Source: Leptolyngbyaceae cyanobacterium (lineage in GTDB: Bacteria; Cyanobacteriota; Cyanobacteriia; Phormidesmidales; Phormidesmidaceae). Taken from it: a stretch of DNA of 64,000 nucleotides. The notes below the pieces were generated by a model. The model was not told the origin of the DNA and made no database searches. It saw only the letters and a list, made by a program, of their open reading frames with translations. The position numbers and the translations under genes were made by a program. The stretch's first letter is position 1. Each line of letters starts with the position of its first letter. Where the stretch lies: contig JBHJHA010000088.1 of the NCBI GenBank assembly GCA_050331235.1, positions 13,376 through 77,375 on the forward strand, in the 5' to 3' direction. Shown one piece after another: positions 34,401 through 43,351 of this stretch.

Positions 34401-35188
34401 TCAATCTGTTGAACAACGCAGTGAAATTTACCCCTGAGGGCGGGGCTGTGTCGCTCAGGGTTCTCAACTGCATAGAGACTCCTGCCGCCGCGACGAGCGA
34501 TGAGCAGTGGCTGCGGGTGATGGTCACAGATACCGGCATCGGCATCCACGCGGATGATCTGTCCAAGCTCTTTCAACCTTTTGTGCAGGTTGATGGTGCC
34601 CTCAATCGTCAACATGAGGGCACCGGGCTAGGGCTGGCTTTGGTCAAGCGGATTGTGGAGCTGCACGGGGGGCAGGTGGGGGTTCAGAGTACGGTGGGGG
34701 CGGGCAGCCAATTTTGGTTTGATCTGCCCTATCAACCGGTGACGATCGCTGACCAGTCGGCCTTAACGGCAGACTCCACTATCGAAACCGAAACCCGTAA
34801 CCCGCCGTCTCCCCCGCTAACGGTGCTCATTGCTGAAGATAATCCGCAAAATGCTGAAATGTTGACGCTCTACCTGCAGAACAAAGGCTATACGGTGTTG
34901 CTGGCCAGTGATGGCCAACGGGCCATTGATCTGGTCCAGTCTGAACAACCCGATATTGTGCTGATGGATGTACAGATGCCCGGAGTTGATGGCTTAGAGG
35001 CGATCCGCCAGATTCGTCAGAGGGCAGAGTGTGCCTCCCTACCGATTATTGCGTTGACGGCGCTGGCCATGGCAGGCGATCGTGAAAGGTGTTTGGCAGC
35101 CGGGGCGACGGCTTATCACAGCAAACCCTTTAAGCTCAAAGAGCTCACTGCCCAATTGGAACTGCTCTGCGCAGCCGCTTCAGATTGA
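28433..35188 (+). CDS. Giant hybrid sensor histidine kinase (CBS, many PAS, 3 GAF, HisKA, HATPase, REC)
   Basis: CBS-like N-terminus, repeated PAS/PAC, GAFs, EFLANMSHELRTPMN, NLLNNAVKFT, GTGLGL, LMDVQMPGVDG; ATG at 28433 preferred over the TTG at 28286. Confidence 0.92.
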   Translation: MTNQDRDWIESPLFDGICDSPLALSPNDSVAIAIAQMTAASNYHSPPDHQSVPPLCDQVRAHCAVVVDQAQIVGVLTSQELFQFQTRGQIASEHLVQEIMQPDFVRVTLRDSRQTVQRQLVERGAPCAVVADDQGGLIGIITPATLLAALEASNSASQTQNSSPASWTSAKQSRPQHSDLATSEPEISERIPEGIYQALFDQSVLGIALSRLDTEIPQPLHINQKLCELLGYSRDALMTMSFMDIIPPEDLPIARESIQRLLAHPERGQSVVHRFMRRDGSVFWAQVTLTLLSGVPQYPPVKLVLIEDISDRKALEAELSGAFQKMGAVLDSADVGIVRLRFYRDTSIEYDYISPNCEKNFGYTEAELKNNSDLWRSRIHPDDWASSVLPAMHALLSDHSGKPQTVTCEYRYQRKDGSTCWLLGKCQGHWMAAGGYWSVTVVDTDISHQKIAEAELQATTARLRNIVESMHDWVWEIDANGITTYCGPQVQRLLGYEPKDLMGRSFEVFMDPAEATRVAAIFQQLAANRDSFLNLAATLRHKNGQPVMIESSGAPILDSEGNCCGFVGVDRDVSDIRRAAQKLDAYNQLLVKTARNEPLATVLQASVHTAQQLLDTSAATLFLLDETAHLKCLAATDFPPALSQLIEASDQDAAIPCAAVTQRQEPLICADLRADERWPGYGDLALDYGFQSVWSYPLTQADGSPLGAFALYYREPRSPQPTKLDFMAQLANIAEIAITKAQTTIALQDSEDYYRCLFNQSSAGIFTTRDGHFIDANVRGCELLGYSRAELLTKSVADITHPDDMVPIVPIQDQLMTGETSFFTQEKRYIRKDGSQFWGSLEVVLVRDQSGAPKCYMAVVYDITSRKLAEQQRQESEARFRAIFDNMYQFIGLLSTDGVVLEVNQAALDSIQQPREAIVGQLIWETPWWEISQTAQARLRAAVSRAAQGKFIRYECECYGANKTLLTLDFSLRPLINDQGEVVLLIPEGRDCTEAKRLEAEREHLLTELQNSEQRLQRLVAGTARTTGEDFFPALVQNLAEALAVEYSLVAELIDCRLETLAFWAHGALQANFSHEPALGPCGRALQDAQYFCRDAVQSWFPDDDLLAEMGVEGYLGLALESNSGEAMGVLCIMSARPLQVLQNYEPLLQIFAARAAAELERQRTESALKSIVEGTAALTGPDFFAALVRHIAEALRVSHVFISEAVEGDRLRFLAAWGDGEYLPNDTVDAIGTTCAVALREGSYHCDRDVIARFPHNPRLPAMQVESYQGIALKNRAGRAIGTLCVFARRPLLIPDRSEQTLRVFAARATAELERLHAQTALESLNQALEARVERRTAALLAQESRYRALMSAARDMIGIVDLDGNVLEANPVAARLLGYSQAELTSLNLAQLHAPEDLLFLQTQHEKLMHGEITSYACDLDFVCKDGSRLPTSCSVSLVDVDGTPLMMGVFRDIRDRKQAEAQLQALSDRLELAIRSAEIGIWEWNFQTQHLTWDARMFEIYGVQPANFQHRYEDFVNCVHPEDLGKIEPETFEENNNFATEFRIVRPDGTIRHVFSTALIQTDSSGQPARAVGVNLDITARKLAEEHLRASEQRYATLAATVPVGLYRFDPRGRCTYINQRLSQITGFSMDAALGSGWPTILHPADRDRVLAQWQQTLQQQCPFEMELRLQHADGRVVWIYEYCVPERDASGRVIGYVGTVTDISDRKQAELALQQLSQKLSLALNSGSLGYWEWNILTNEVTWDEKLYEFHGLTQLPLSYERFRKTVHDEDIELLEQLVQHAVAGDCDYHNALGRSCPCELIYRAVHQDGTITFIKAYGVVLRDHQNQPTSMLGVSFDVTDFKATQEQLTFTNIELARATRLKDEFLANMSHELRTPMNAILGNTEAILEGIYGEVSRAQQNALATIESSGHHLLRLINEILDLAKIESGQIRLYPGAINLKVLCEESILFIRQQATKKRLQVNLHVSPQVPVIAADELRIRQVIINLLNNAVKFTPEGGAVSLRVLNCIETPAAATSDEQWLRVMVTDTGIGIHADDLSKLFQPFVQVDGALNRQHEGTGLGLALVKRIVELHGGQVGVQSTVGAGSQFWFDLPYQPVTIADQSALTADSTIETETRNPPSPPLTVLIAEDNPQNAEMLTLYLQNKGYTVLLASDGQRAIDLVQSEQPDIVLMDVQMPGVDGLEAIRQIRQRAECASLPIIALTALAMAGDRERCLAAGATAYHSKPFKLKELTAQLELLCAAASD

Positions 35189-35382
35189 GTTACGGATGGG
35201 TTGTCATCGGCCCAGGCCTCGCGCTGTTGTCCCGGTTGATGGCGAGGGGTCGCAAAGCTGCCAATAGCGCTGAGCGACCCGTCGCAAAAATCGCCCCAAA
35301 GGTCCCTATGTCGGTACTCCCTTGAGGCGATCAGAGAAGAATGAGAATTACTCACCGGTTGGTCAGCAATCCTGGGGATAGT

Positions 35383-36588
35383 CTAAGCGTCATCCAGAGC
35401 CGCAATCCCTGGTAGAGTCTTGCCTTCGAGCAGCTCTAAGCTAGCGCCACCGCCAGTGGAAATATGGCTCATTTGGCTGGCGACACCGACTTTCTCAACG
35501 GCGGCCACTGAGTCGCCCCCGCCGATGATAGTGGTCACCCCGGTCGGCGTAAGCTCAGCTAGGGTGCGGGCGATCGCTTCTGTACCCACAGCAAACGCAT
35601 CAAACTCAAATACCCCCATAGGGCCATTCCAGATGACAGACTTACACTGCTTCAGCGCCGCCTGAAAAACGCTGACAGCATCGGGGCCAATATCTAATCC
35701 CATCCAGCCATCGGGAATTGACTCAACGCTAACGGTTTGGGCACTGGCATCAGGAGCAAAGTTATCTGCCACAACAACGTCAGTGGGCAACAGCAGCTCA
35801 ACGCCTTTTTCCTTCGCCTTGGCCTCAAGGGACTTGGCCAAATCGAGTTTGTCTTCCTCGACCAAAGATTTACCCACGCTGAGGCCGCGCGCCTTGTAAA
35901 AAGTAAAGATCATCCCCCCACCAATCAGCAGCTTATCCACTTTGTCAAGCAGGGTATCAATCACACCGATCTTACTGGAGACCTTGGAGCCCCCGATGAT
36001 GGCCGCCAGTGGCCGCTGGGGATTTTCGATCGCAGCCTGCAAATACTCCAGCTCCTTCTCAATCAAGAAGCCACCAACGGAGGGACTCAGATAGTTGGTC
36101 ACTCCCTCAGTAGAAGCGTGGGCCCGATGAGCAGTACCAAAGGCGTCGTTGACATAGAGGTCTGCGTTGGCCGCCAATTCTTTGGCAAATTCGGGGTCGT
36201 TGCTTTCTTCGCCCGCGTGGAAGCGCACATTTTCTAGCAGTGCAACCTGGCCATTTTGGAGACCGTTGACCGCCTCGGTGACAGCCGCCCCTACACAGTC
36301 ATCACACTTAACGACATCTTGACCAAGCAGTTCAGAAAGACGCTTGGCTACCGGCGTCAGGCGCATTTCGTCCACAACTTTGCCCTTGGGACGACCAAAG
36401 TGGCTACACAAAACGACCTTGGCACCTTTGCCAGTGAGGTCTTGAATGGTGGGCAAAGCGGCGCGAATCCGCGTATCGTCGGTGATATTGCCCTGATCAT
36501 CCAACGGTACGTTGAAATCGGCCCGCACCAACACTCGTTTGCCCGCTACGTCAGAGTCGTTGAGCGTTGCTACTGTTTTCTTAGCCAC
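35383..36588 (-). CDS. pgk: Phosphoglycerate kinase
   Basis: [49 protein letters not shown]. Confidence 0.98.
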   Translation of the reverse strand: MAKKTVATLNDSDVAGKRVLVRADFNVPLDDQGNITDDTRIRAALPTIQDLTGKGAKVVLCSHFGRPKGKVVDEMRLTPVAKRLSELLGQDVVKCDDCVGAAVTEAVNGLQNGQVALLENVRFHAGEESNDPEFAKELAANADLYVNDAFGTAHRAHASTEGVTNYLSPSVGGFLIEKELEYLQAAIENPQRPLAAIIGGSKVSSKIGVIDTLLDKVDKLLIGGGMIFTFYKARGLSVGKSLVEEDKLDLAKSLEAKAKEKGVELLLPTDVVVADNFAPDASAQTVSVESIPDGWMGLDIGPDAVSVFQAALKQCKSVIWNGPMGVFEFDAFAVGTEAIARTLAELTPTGVTTIIGGGDSVAAVEKVGVASQMSHISTGGGASLELLEGKTLPGIAALDDA

Positions 36589-36778
36589 AGGCTTGCACCT
36601 CCCAAGTTGCGATTATTACGTTTCTGCATGGCTCCTGCAGAGAGAGCCCCAACCGTGAATTACTCTATTGATTGAGACTGTGCACGACCCGGCAAAAGTC
36701 AGTCACCATTTTGTTGTCAGTGCTACAGCCATGCTCGAGAATCATTTTACCGGAGTCTGTGTATTCGTCTGAGGAGCT

Positions 36779-37180
36779 ATGTTCAAGACGGTTCTGTTTC
36801 CTATTGATATGAGCCCCGAAGCTCAACAAGCAGCGACCTTAGCAGCCGATTTGGTCAAGCAGCATCACAGCCAACTCGTTTTGCTCTCAGTGGTTGAGGC
36901 TAAAGAGCAAGCTGACCACCCCCAACAGTCCTCAACCCAGGCGGTGGCGGCCTTGCTGAACCAGGCTCAAGCCATGTTTGAACAACAGGGCATTGCCAGC
37001 AAGATTCTCGAACGAGAGGGGCAACCCGCCTTTGTGATCTGCGATGTCGCTGATGAAATTGAAGCTGACTTGATTATCATGGGATGTCGGGGGATTGGCC
37101 TGATTGAGGACGCTGTGCAGGAGAGCGTGACCAACCGGGTCATTAATTTATCTCCTTGTCCGGTCTTGGTCGTGCCTTAA
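36779..37180 (+). CDS. Universal stress protein
   Basis: MFKTVLFPID, ADLIIMGCRG, SVTNRVINLSPCPVLVVP. Confidence 0.92.
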   Translation: MFKTVLFPIDMSPEAQQAATLAADLVKQHHSQLVLLSVVEAKEQADHPQQSSTQAVAALLNQAQAMFEQQGIASKILEREGQPAFVICDVADEIEADLIIMGCRGIGLIEDAVQESVTNRVINLSPCPVLVVP

Positions 37181-37222
37181 GGCGCGATCGCGATCTCTGC
37201 GGGCTGCCAGCACCCACGGATG

Positions 37223-38107
37223 TTAGGTAAAACAGCCGAGGATCATGCCAACCAGCAACGCACATCCCAGTATCACGTTTTGCCGAAAGATCTTGCCATA
37301 TAGTGAGCGAGGCGGGGTGTAAAGGGTTAGCAAGTACCCTTCCCGCGCCCACAGAACAATCGCCCCCAGCAGCGCCAACCAAAAAGGCCAACCCAGAGAC
37401 ATCACCCATCCTGTCGCGCCTAAAAAGGCGGCAGCACAGCCAAAAAAGACGGTCACGGCTAACGGTGTACTGGAGCCAAAAAACCGGGCACTGGAGTTTA
37501 CCCCAAGTTGGGCGTCAAACTCGCGATCGGGAATGGCATACACCGTATCGAAGCCCAACGTCCAAAACACAACGGCTGCCCACAACAGCCAAGCCGCCAA
37601 TTCCAACTGATTGGCCACAGCCGCCCAGGGAATCAGTACGGCAAAGCCCCAGGCAATCGCCAACACCAACTGCGGAATCGGAAAATGCCGCTTAGCCAGG
37701 GGATATAGCACAATCACCGGCACTGCTATAACGCAGAGCATAAAGCTGAGAGCGTTGAGATAAAAAGTCAGACCATAGGCGCAAACAAAGAGCAAGATGG
37801 CGAGGGCGATCGCCACCCAAACGGATAATTGTTTGGCGGCCAACGGCCGATTGCGAGTGCGCTGTACTTGGGGGTCAATGTCTCGATCCCAGAGATCGTT
37901 CACAATGCAGCCCGCAGCGCTTGTGACCACGCTACCCAACACAATCACAATGAGTAGGCCCAAGGGTGGCGTTCCCCGAGCCGCTAAAAATAATGCCCAC
38001 AGGGCAGGCACCATCAAAATCAAACGGCCCGTGGGCTTATCCCACCGGACTAGCCGGAGAATAACTTTCCAACTCGGTTCAGGCTTAGGCAGATTGGGCG
38101 TTTCCAT
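37223..38107 (-). CDS. ubiA: 4-hydroxybenzoate solanesyltransferase (UbiA family)
   Basis: RWDKPTG, NDLWDRDIDPQVQRTRNRPL, YPLAKR, FDTVYAIPD; multiple TM helices. Confidence 0.92.
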   Translation of the reverse strand: METPNLPKPEPSWKVILRLVRWDKPTGRLILMVPALWALFLAARGTPPLGLLIVIVLGSVVTSAAGCIVNDLWDRDIDPQVQRTRNRPLAAKQLSVWVAIALAILLFVCAYGLTFYLNALSFMLCVIAVPVIVLYPLAKRHFPIPQLVLAIAWGFAVLIPWAAVANQLELAAWLLWAAVVFWTLGFDTVYAIPDREFDAQLGVNSSARFFGSSTPLAVTVFFGCAAAFLGATGWVMSLGWPFWLALLGAIVLWAREGYLLTLYTPPRSLYGKIFRQNVILGCALLVGMILGCFT

Positions 38108-38374
38108 ACACTCGTGACAGTTCTTTGATTTAAAGCATAGCCCTGATGGAAAGTGCGGATGGTCGAAAAATATTGATTTCCACCAAAATGTTCCGTTGAC
38201 TATCGGTTGATTGACGACTAATGGGCGATCGCTCGTGTGAGAATTTGGTAAAGTCCGCTGGGCCCGACACGCTACTCAGTATCCAACTACACATCGGGCA
38301 CATCCCGGTTGAGAGACTCTGGAGGTTTATAAAATACTTGTGAATTCTGTCCCATTGTCAAAGACCGGCAAAAT

Positions 38375-38399
38375 ACTTATGGTTAAAGTAACCATAAGT
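38375..38399. promoter_or_regulatory. Putative NrtR operator
   Basis: Perfect inverted repeat ACTTATGGTT-AAAGT-AACCATAAGT with a GT-N7-AC core, just upstream of the pncB-nadD-nrtR-nadE operon. Confidence 0.8.
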
Positions 38400-38416
38400 C
38401 ATTCAAAAGGTTGTCC

Positions 38417-39778
38417 ATGACCCCTGCACCTTTACAGGCATTGCCTGAAGATTACAGCCTGCTGACCGATCTTTACCAGCTCACCATGAGTGCCTGTTAT
38501 GTCGGTGAGGGGCTCGATCAGCGACGGGCTAGTTTTGAGCTATTTACCCGGCGACTGCCCCCTGATTTTGGCTATTTGATTGCAATGGGACTTGCCCAAG
38601 CGATCGAATACCTGGAGACCTGGACCTTTTGCGATCGCCACCTAACTCAGCTGCAGGCCTTAGGCGTGTTTGATCAGGCTCCCGCAGCGTTTTGGGAGAC
38701 CCTGCGGGACGCTCGCTTTACCGGCGATGTCTGGGCCGTCCCTGAAGGAACTGCAGTATTTGCCAATGAACCGCTGCTACGGATTGAAGCCCCACTGTGG
38801 CAAGCCCAGGTGGCAGAAACCTATCTGCTCAATACGTTGAACTACCAAACCCTAATTGCGACCCGAGCCGCCCGCATGCGGGATATGGCCGGTCCTGAGG
38901 CCAAGCTGCTGGAGTTTGGCACCCGTCGGGCCTTTAGCCCCCAAGGGGCCATGTGGGCGGCTCGGGCGGCCCTGGCGGGCGGGTTTGATAGCACATCTAA
39001 TGTGTTAGCAGCGATGCAGTTGGGGCAGCAGCCAACCGGTACGATGGCCCATGCGCTGGTGATGGCGATCGCGGCTTTAGAAGGAAGTGAGGCCGATGCC
39101 TTTGCCGCCTTTCAACGGTATTTTCCCGGAGCACCGTTGTTGATCGACACCTATGACACCGTGGCCGCAGCCCGATACTTGGCAGCGAGTCGCCAACAAG
39201 GTGAGCTGGGCTTGGCTGGAGTTAGACTCGACTCAGGGGAGTTAGTGTCCCTCTCGCAGCAGGTGCGCGAAATTTTGCCGGGCGTCCCGATTTTTGTCAG
39301 CGGTGATGTGGATGAGTATGCGATCGCGGAAATGCGCCAAGCCGGAGCCATAATCGACGGCTACGGTTTAGGGACTCGGCTAGTAACAGGTAAACCGGTT
39401 AACGGAGTCTATAAGCTGGTGGATATTGCTGGCATCCCCGTTATGAAAGAGTCTTCTAGCAAGGCGACTTATCCCGGACGCAAGCAGGTCTTTCGGCAGT
39501 ATCAGGGCGATCGCGCGGTCAAAGATTGGCTCGGTTTGGCATCGGAGTCGCATAACCATGGTGCTCAGCCCCTGCTGCAGCCGGTCATGCAAGCAGGGCA
39601 GCGGGTTAGCGAGCCGGAGTCGCTTGCCACCATTGCCGAGCGTACCGCCCATTCAGTGGCGGCTTTGCCAGAGTCGAGCCGGCGGGTCCGTGACCCTAGT
39701 GCTTACGATGTGGAGATTACGCCAGAGCTCTTAGCGCTAACCCAAACCACCCGTCAAGCAGCGGTCTCACTCCAGTGA
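38417..39778 (+). CDS. pncB: Nicotinate phosphoribosyltransferase
   Basis: LLTDLYQLTM, EFGTRR, GTMAH, LLIDTYD, VRLDSG, GVYKLV. Confidence 0.95.
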   Translation: MTPAPLQALPEDYSLLTDLYQLTMSACYVGEGLDQRRASFELFTRRLPPDFGYLIAMGLAQAIEYLETWTFCDRHLTQLQALGVFDQAPAAFWETLRDARFTGDVWAVPEGTAVFANEPLLRIEAPLWQAQVAETYLLNTLNYQTLIATRAARMRDMAGPEAKLLEFGTRRAFSPQGAMWAARAALAGGFDSTSNVLAAMQLGQQPTGTMAHALVMAIAALEGSEADAFAAFQRYFPGAPLLIDTYDTVAAARYLAASRQQGELGLAGVRLDSGELVSLSQQVREILPGVPIFVSGDVDEYAIAEMRQAGAIIDGYGLGTRLVTGKPVNGVYKLVDIAGIPVMKESSSKATYPGRKQVFRQYQGDRAVKDWLGLASESHNHGAQPLLQPVMQAGQRVSEPESLATIAERTAHSVAALPESSRRVRDPSAYDVEITPELLALTQTTRQAAVSLQ

Positions 39779-39833
39779 TCTCAACCCGCCCAACGTTGAT
39801 TAATTGTTGTTGACGATTCCTTTCCCAAAGCCT

Positions 39834-40433
39834 ATGCGCATTGCTTTATTTGGTATGAGTGCCGACCCCCCCCATCGTGGCCATGGCGATATTTTGTCCT
39901 GGTTAGCCCAGCATTTTGACCATGTCGCGGTGTGGGCGTCTGACAATCCCTTTAAGGAGCATCAGTGTCCGCTGCGCGATCGCGCGGCCATGTTGGAGCT
40001 GATGATTCAAGATTTGCCAGTAGCGGCGGGCAAAATAGCACTCCACGAAGACCTGAGTCATCGGCGTAGCTTAATCAGCGCCCAGCGAGCCCGAGACCGC
40101 TGGCCCCAAGCGTCACTGAGCTTAGTCGTGGGGGCTGATTTGGTCGAGCAGCTACCTCGCTGGTATCAATCTCAAATGCTCTTTCAGCTGGTGGAAATTT
40201 TGGTGATCCCCCGTCCGGGGTATCCACTGTCAGAGGCCGCATTAGAACCCATTCGGCAAGCTGGGGGAACGGTCACGATCGCCGACTCCGCCGAAACCTT
40301 CGCGATCTCTTCTTCTTATTACCGGCAGACAGAAGACCCTGAAGCTTTGCCGGCGTCTGTCCGGGCTTACATTAACCAAAAAAACCTATATCCATGCACG
40401 GAAAGCTCCAAAGAAAAACAGCCAATTGTGTAG
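39834..40433 (+). CDS. nadD: Nicotinate-nucleotide adenylyltransferase
   Basis: IALFG.SADPPHRGH (HxGH), NPFK, VVGAD, ISSS; operon context. Confidence 0.9.
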   Translation: MRIALFGMSADPPHRGHGDILSWLAQHFDHVAVWASDNPFKEHQCPLRDRAAMLELMIQDLPVAAGKIALHEDLSHRRSLISAQRARDRWPQASLSLVVGADLVEQLPRWYQSQMLFQLVEILVIPRPGYPLSEAALEPIRQAGGTVTIADSAETFAISSSYYRQTEDPEALPASVRAYINQKNLYPCTESSKEKQPIV

Positions 40434-41140
40434 AACCTGAATCGTTAGCCGACTTCAAGGTGGGCGTCGATAATGTGATCTTTTCGGTGGATACTGATCA
40501 GCATCGCCTGTTAGTGCTGTTGGTGATGCGTCATAACAGTCCCTACGGGGGCTGTTGGAGTCTACCGGGTACTTTGGTGCGCCAAGGCGAGTCGTTAGAA
40601 GATGCTGCCTATCGCGTCTTGTCCGAAAAAATTCGGGTTAACAATCTTTATCTCGAGCAGCTTTACACCTTTGGCGGACCGGATCGGGATCCACGGGAAG
40701 CCAATGAATCCTATGGTGTGCGATATCTTTCGGTTAGCCATTTTGCCCTAGTACGCTTTGCCGAAGCGGAACTGATCGCTGATGGCGTCAGCGGCATTGC
40801 CTGGTATCCTTTAGCGCAAATTCCGACCCTAGCCTTCGATCATGCAGAAATTTTAGCCTATGGCTATCAGCGGCTAAAAAATAAGCTGGAATATAGCCCG
40901 ATCGCCTTTGATGTCTTGCCAGATGTCTTTACCCTGGGCGACCTGTATCAGCTCTATGTCACCGTGTTGGGCGAAGATTTTTCTGACTATTCCAACTTTC
41001 GATCCCGGTTACTCAAGCTGAAGTTTTTACAAGATACGGGACACAAAACGTCCCGAGGTGCAGGGCGTCCGTCCAGTTTGTACCGATTTGATGCGGCGGC
41101 ATTTGCCGATCTCAAAGATAAGCCGAAGGTATTTATCTAA
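40394..41140 (+). CDS. nrtR: NrtR Nudix-related transcriptional regulator
   Basis: Degenerate Nudix box (WSLPGTLVRQGESLEDAAYR), YLEQLYTF, C-terminal wHTH (FTLGDL..NFRSR..GAGRPSSLYRF). Confidence 0.9.
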   Translation: MHGKLQRKTANCVEPESLADFKVGVDNVIFSVDTDQHRLLVLLVMRHNSPYGGCWSLPGTLVRQGESLEDAAYRVLSEKIRVNNLYLEQLYTFGGPDRDPREANESYGVRYLSVSHFALVRFAEAELIADGVSGIAWYPLAQIPTLAFDHAEILAYGYQRLKNKLEYSPIAFDVLPDVFTLGDLYQLYVTVLGEDFSDYSNFRSRLLKLKFLQDTGHKTSRGAGRPSSLYRFDAAAFADLKDKPKVFI

Positions 41141-41251
41141 AACTCAGGGGGCGCAAACAGACCTAATCGCCCAGCCTGAAATGACCCACTTTCTTTACTG
41201 GTGGCTGTCATCTGTCTGACCTCTCTTATCCCTTGATTATGGGTATTTCCA

Positions 41252-43024
41252 ATGAAAATTGCGATCGCTCAACTTAACCCCACCATTGGCAACCTCACCC
41301 AAAATGCCGACCAGATCTTGGCCGCCGCTAATGACGCGGCCCAAGGGGGGGCTCGTTTAGTATTGACGCCAGAGCTGTCTCTGTGTGGCTACCCGCCGCG
41401 GGACTTGCTGCTGCGGCCGGGCTTTATTCAGGCAATGGAGGGACAACTGCAGGCGTTAGCTCAGCGTTTGCCCGCAAACGTAGCGGTACTGGTGGGCTTT
41501 GCGGAGCCCAATACCGGGGCCAGCGATCGCGGAGAAAAACCACTCTACAACAGCATCGCTTGGCTCGAGGCAGGGGGCATCCAGCAGATCTTTCGCAAGC
41601 GACTCTTGCCCACCTACGACGTGTTTGACGAAGACCGATACTTTGAACCCGGTGACCACGTTAACCACTTTCACTTAGCCCTCTCGGCGGGAGCAGTGCT
41701 GCACATTGGCGTCACCATCTGCGAAGACCTATGGAACGATGAACAGTTTTGGGGGCAGCGTAAATATCCCCATAACCCCATCGCTGAACTGCAGGAGGTA
41801 GGAGTCGATTTGGTAGTCAATTTATCGGCCTCTCCGTTTACGGCTCGCAAACAGCAGATTCGCGAGGCCATGCTGGCCCACAGTGCCCAGCGCTTTCAGG
41901 TGCCTATTGTGTATGCCAACCAGGTGGGGGCCAATGACGACTTAATTTTTGACGGCAGCAGCGTGGCCGTCAGCCGGGGGGGAGCCGTAGTTGGGCGTGC
42001 GGCCGCTTTCAATACCGATTTGCTGTGGGCAACTTATGATCCAAAGACTCAGGATTTACAGCCTGAACGTATCACGGCGGCGATCGCAGACCTCAACGAA
42101 GATATTTGGCTAGCATTGGTACTCGGGGTCAAAGACTACGCCCACAAATGCGGCTTTAGCAAAGCGGTAATTGGCCTCAGTGGGGGGGTTGACTCGGCGC
42201 TGGTGGCGGCGATCGCAACCGCCGCCCTAGGGCCGCAAAACGTGCTGGGTATTTTGATGCCCTCTCCCTACAGCTCTGAGCACTCCATCAGCGATGCCGA
42301 AACATTGGTCAGTAATTTAGGCATCCACAGCGAAAAGCTCGCCATCGGCTCTCTAATGGATGGCTACAACCAAGTCTTAGCCGGTCTATTTGCCGATACG
42401 GAATTTGGCGTCGCGGAAGAAAACATTCAATCTCGCATTCGCGGCAATTTACTGATGGCGATTTCCAACAAGTTTGGCCATTTACTCCTCTCGACGGGCA
42501 ACAAGTCAGAGATGGCGGTGGGCTACTGCACTCTCTATGGCGATATGAACGGTGGCTTGGCAGTCATTGCGGATGTTCCTAAAACTCGGGTTTATGAGAT
42601 TTGCCGCTGGCTCAACCGACATCCTCAGGCAGTTTTAGGGACGGAGGAGCAGCATTCAGCCACTGCCCCCGTCATTCCGAGCAATATCTTGACCAAGGCC
42701 CCTAGCGCCGAACTCAAGCCCGGACAAGTCGATCAAGATTCCCTACCTAGCTATGAAGTGCTAGATGACATTCTCGATCGCTTGGTACAGCGTCAACAAG
42801 CGACGTCAGAAATTGTTGACGCCGGCCATGATTGGGCGATCGTAAATAAAGTTGTACGACTAATGTCACGGGCTGAGTTCAAACGCCGGCAGGCCCCTCC
42901 GGTGCTCAAGATTACTGATCGGGCATTTGGGTCAGAATGGCGGATGCCCATTGCTAGCCGGTGGGTAAGCAGTATCACACAAACCGAGGCTGCCCTAGTA
43001 TCAACCCCCACCTCGGTGTCCTGA
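41252..43024 (+). CDS. nadE: Glutamine-dependent NAD+ synthetase
   Basis: Nitrilase-like domain (PELSLCGY, FRKRLLP, ICEDLW) plus synthase domain (GLSGGVDS, ENIQSRIRG, GNKSE, EFKRRQ). Confidence 0.96.
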   Translation: MKIAIAQLNPTIGNLTQNADQILAAANDAAQGGARLVLTPELSLCGYPPRDLLLRPGFIQAMEGQLQALAQRLPANVAVLVGFAEPNTGASDRGEKPLYNSIAWLEAGGIQQIFRKRLLPTYDVFDEDRYFEPGDHVNHFHLALSAGAVLHIGVTICEDLWNDEQFWGQRKYPHNPIAELQEVGVDLVVNLSASPFTARKQQIREAMLAHSAQRFQVPIVYANQVGANDDLIFDGSSVAVSRGGAVVGRAAAFNTDLLWATYDPKTQDLQPERITAAIADLNEDIWLALVLGVKDYAHKCGFSKAVIGLSGGVDSALVAAIATAALGPQNVLGILMPSPYSSEHSISDAETLVSNLGIHSEKLAIGSLMDGYNQVLAGLFADTEFGVAEENIQSRIRGNLLMAISNKFGHLLLSTGNKSEMAVGYCTLYGDMNGGLAVIADVPKTRVYEICRWLNRHPQAVLGTEEQHSATAPVIPSNILTKAPSAELKPGQVDQDSLPSYEVLDDILDRLVQRQQATSEIVDAGHDWAIVNKVVRLMSRAEFKRRQAPPVLKITDRAFGSEWRMPIASRWVSSITQTEAALVSTPTSVS

Positions 43025-43233
43025 AGTAGGAACGAGTTCCTATATCTCAAGATCAGCCGAACGACTGCTTGCCGTTTGGCAAAAATGCGCTCAAATTTTT
43101 CTGACAACTATTGTCATAACTAAACGTTGCAGCGGCTCAGCGCCGCCCCCGCCCAAGCCTCTCCGACCAAATCATCGAGGCCCATTAAGTCATCGATTGA
43201 ATTATTGCAGAAAGCTTATTCTTTATTTTCATT

Positions 43234-43252
43234 ATTGCAATCAATTCTCAAC
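43234..43252. promoter_or_regulatory. Putative Fur-type box upstream of the sRNA candidate
   Basis: ATTGCAATCAATTCTCAAC resembles the AT-rich ATTGAnAATnATTnTCAAT-type cyanobacterial Fur palindrome; a -10-like TAAACT lies at 43262-43267. Confidence 0.45.
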
Positions 43253-43273
43253 AAATTAGGGTAAACTGAATGA

Positions 43274-43351
43274 AAAGAAGGCTTACCAGTTAAGCATTTC
43301 TGTTCTCCTCTCAATATTGACTTAGGTGCTTCTACGGAGGCACCTATTTTT
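43274..43351 (+). ncRNA. Candidate trans-acting sRNA, IsaR1-like
   Basis: Intergenic unit made of a small hairpin (GCTTA/TAAGC), an unpaired anti-SD-like TGTTCTCCTCTC and a strong terminator. The 5' end is estimated from the -10 element. Confidence 0.55.
43323..43351 (+). terminator. Rho-independent terminator
   Basis: TAGGTGCTTC-TACG-GAGGCACCTA-TTTTT: 10-bp stem with one G-U pair, UNCG tetraloop, U-tract. Confidence 0.85.

Noticed and set aside
38417..43024. NAD-reconstitution (phage anti-defence) or defence island
   Set aside because: This is a standard NrtR-regulated housekeeping NAD operon in a chromosomal context.
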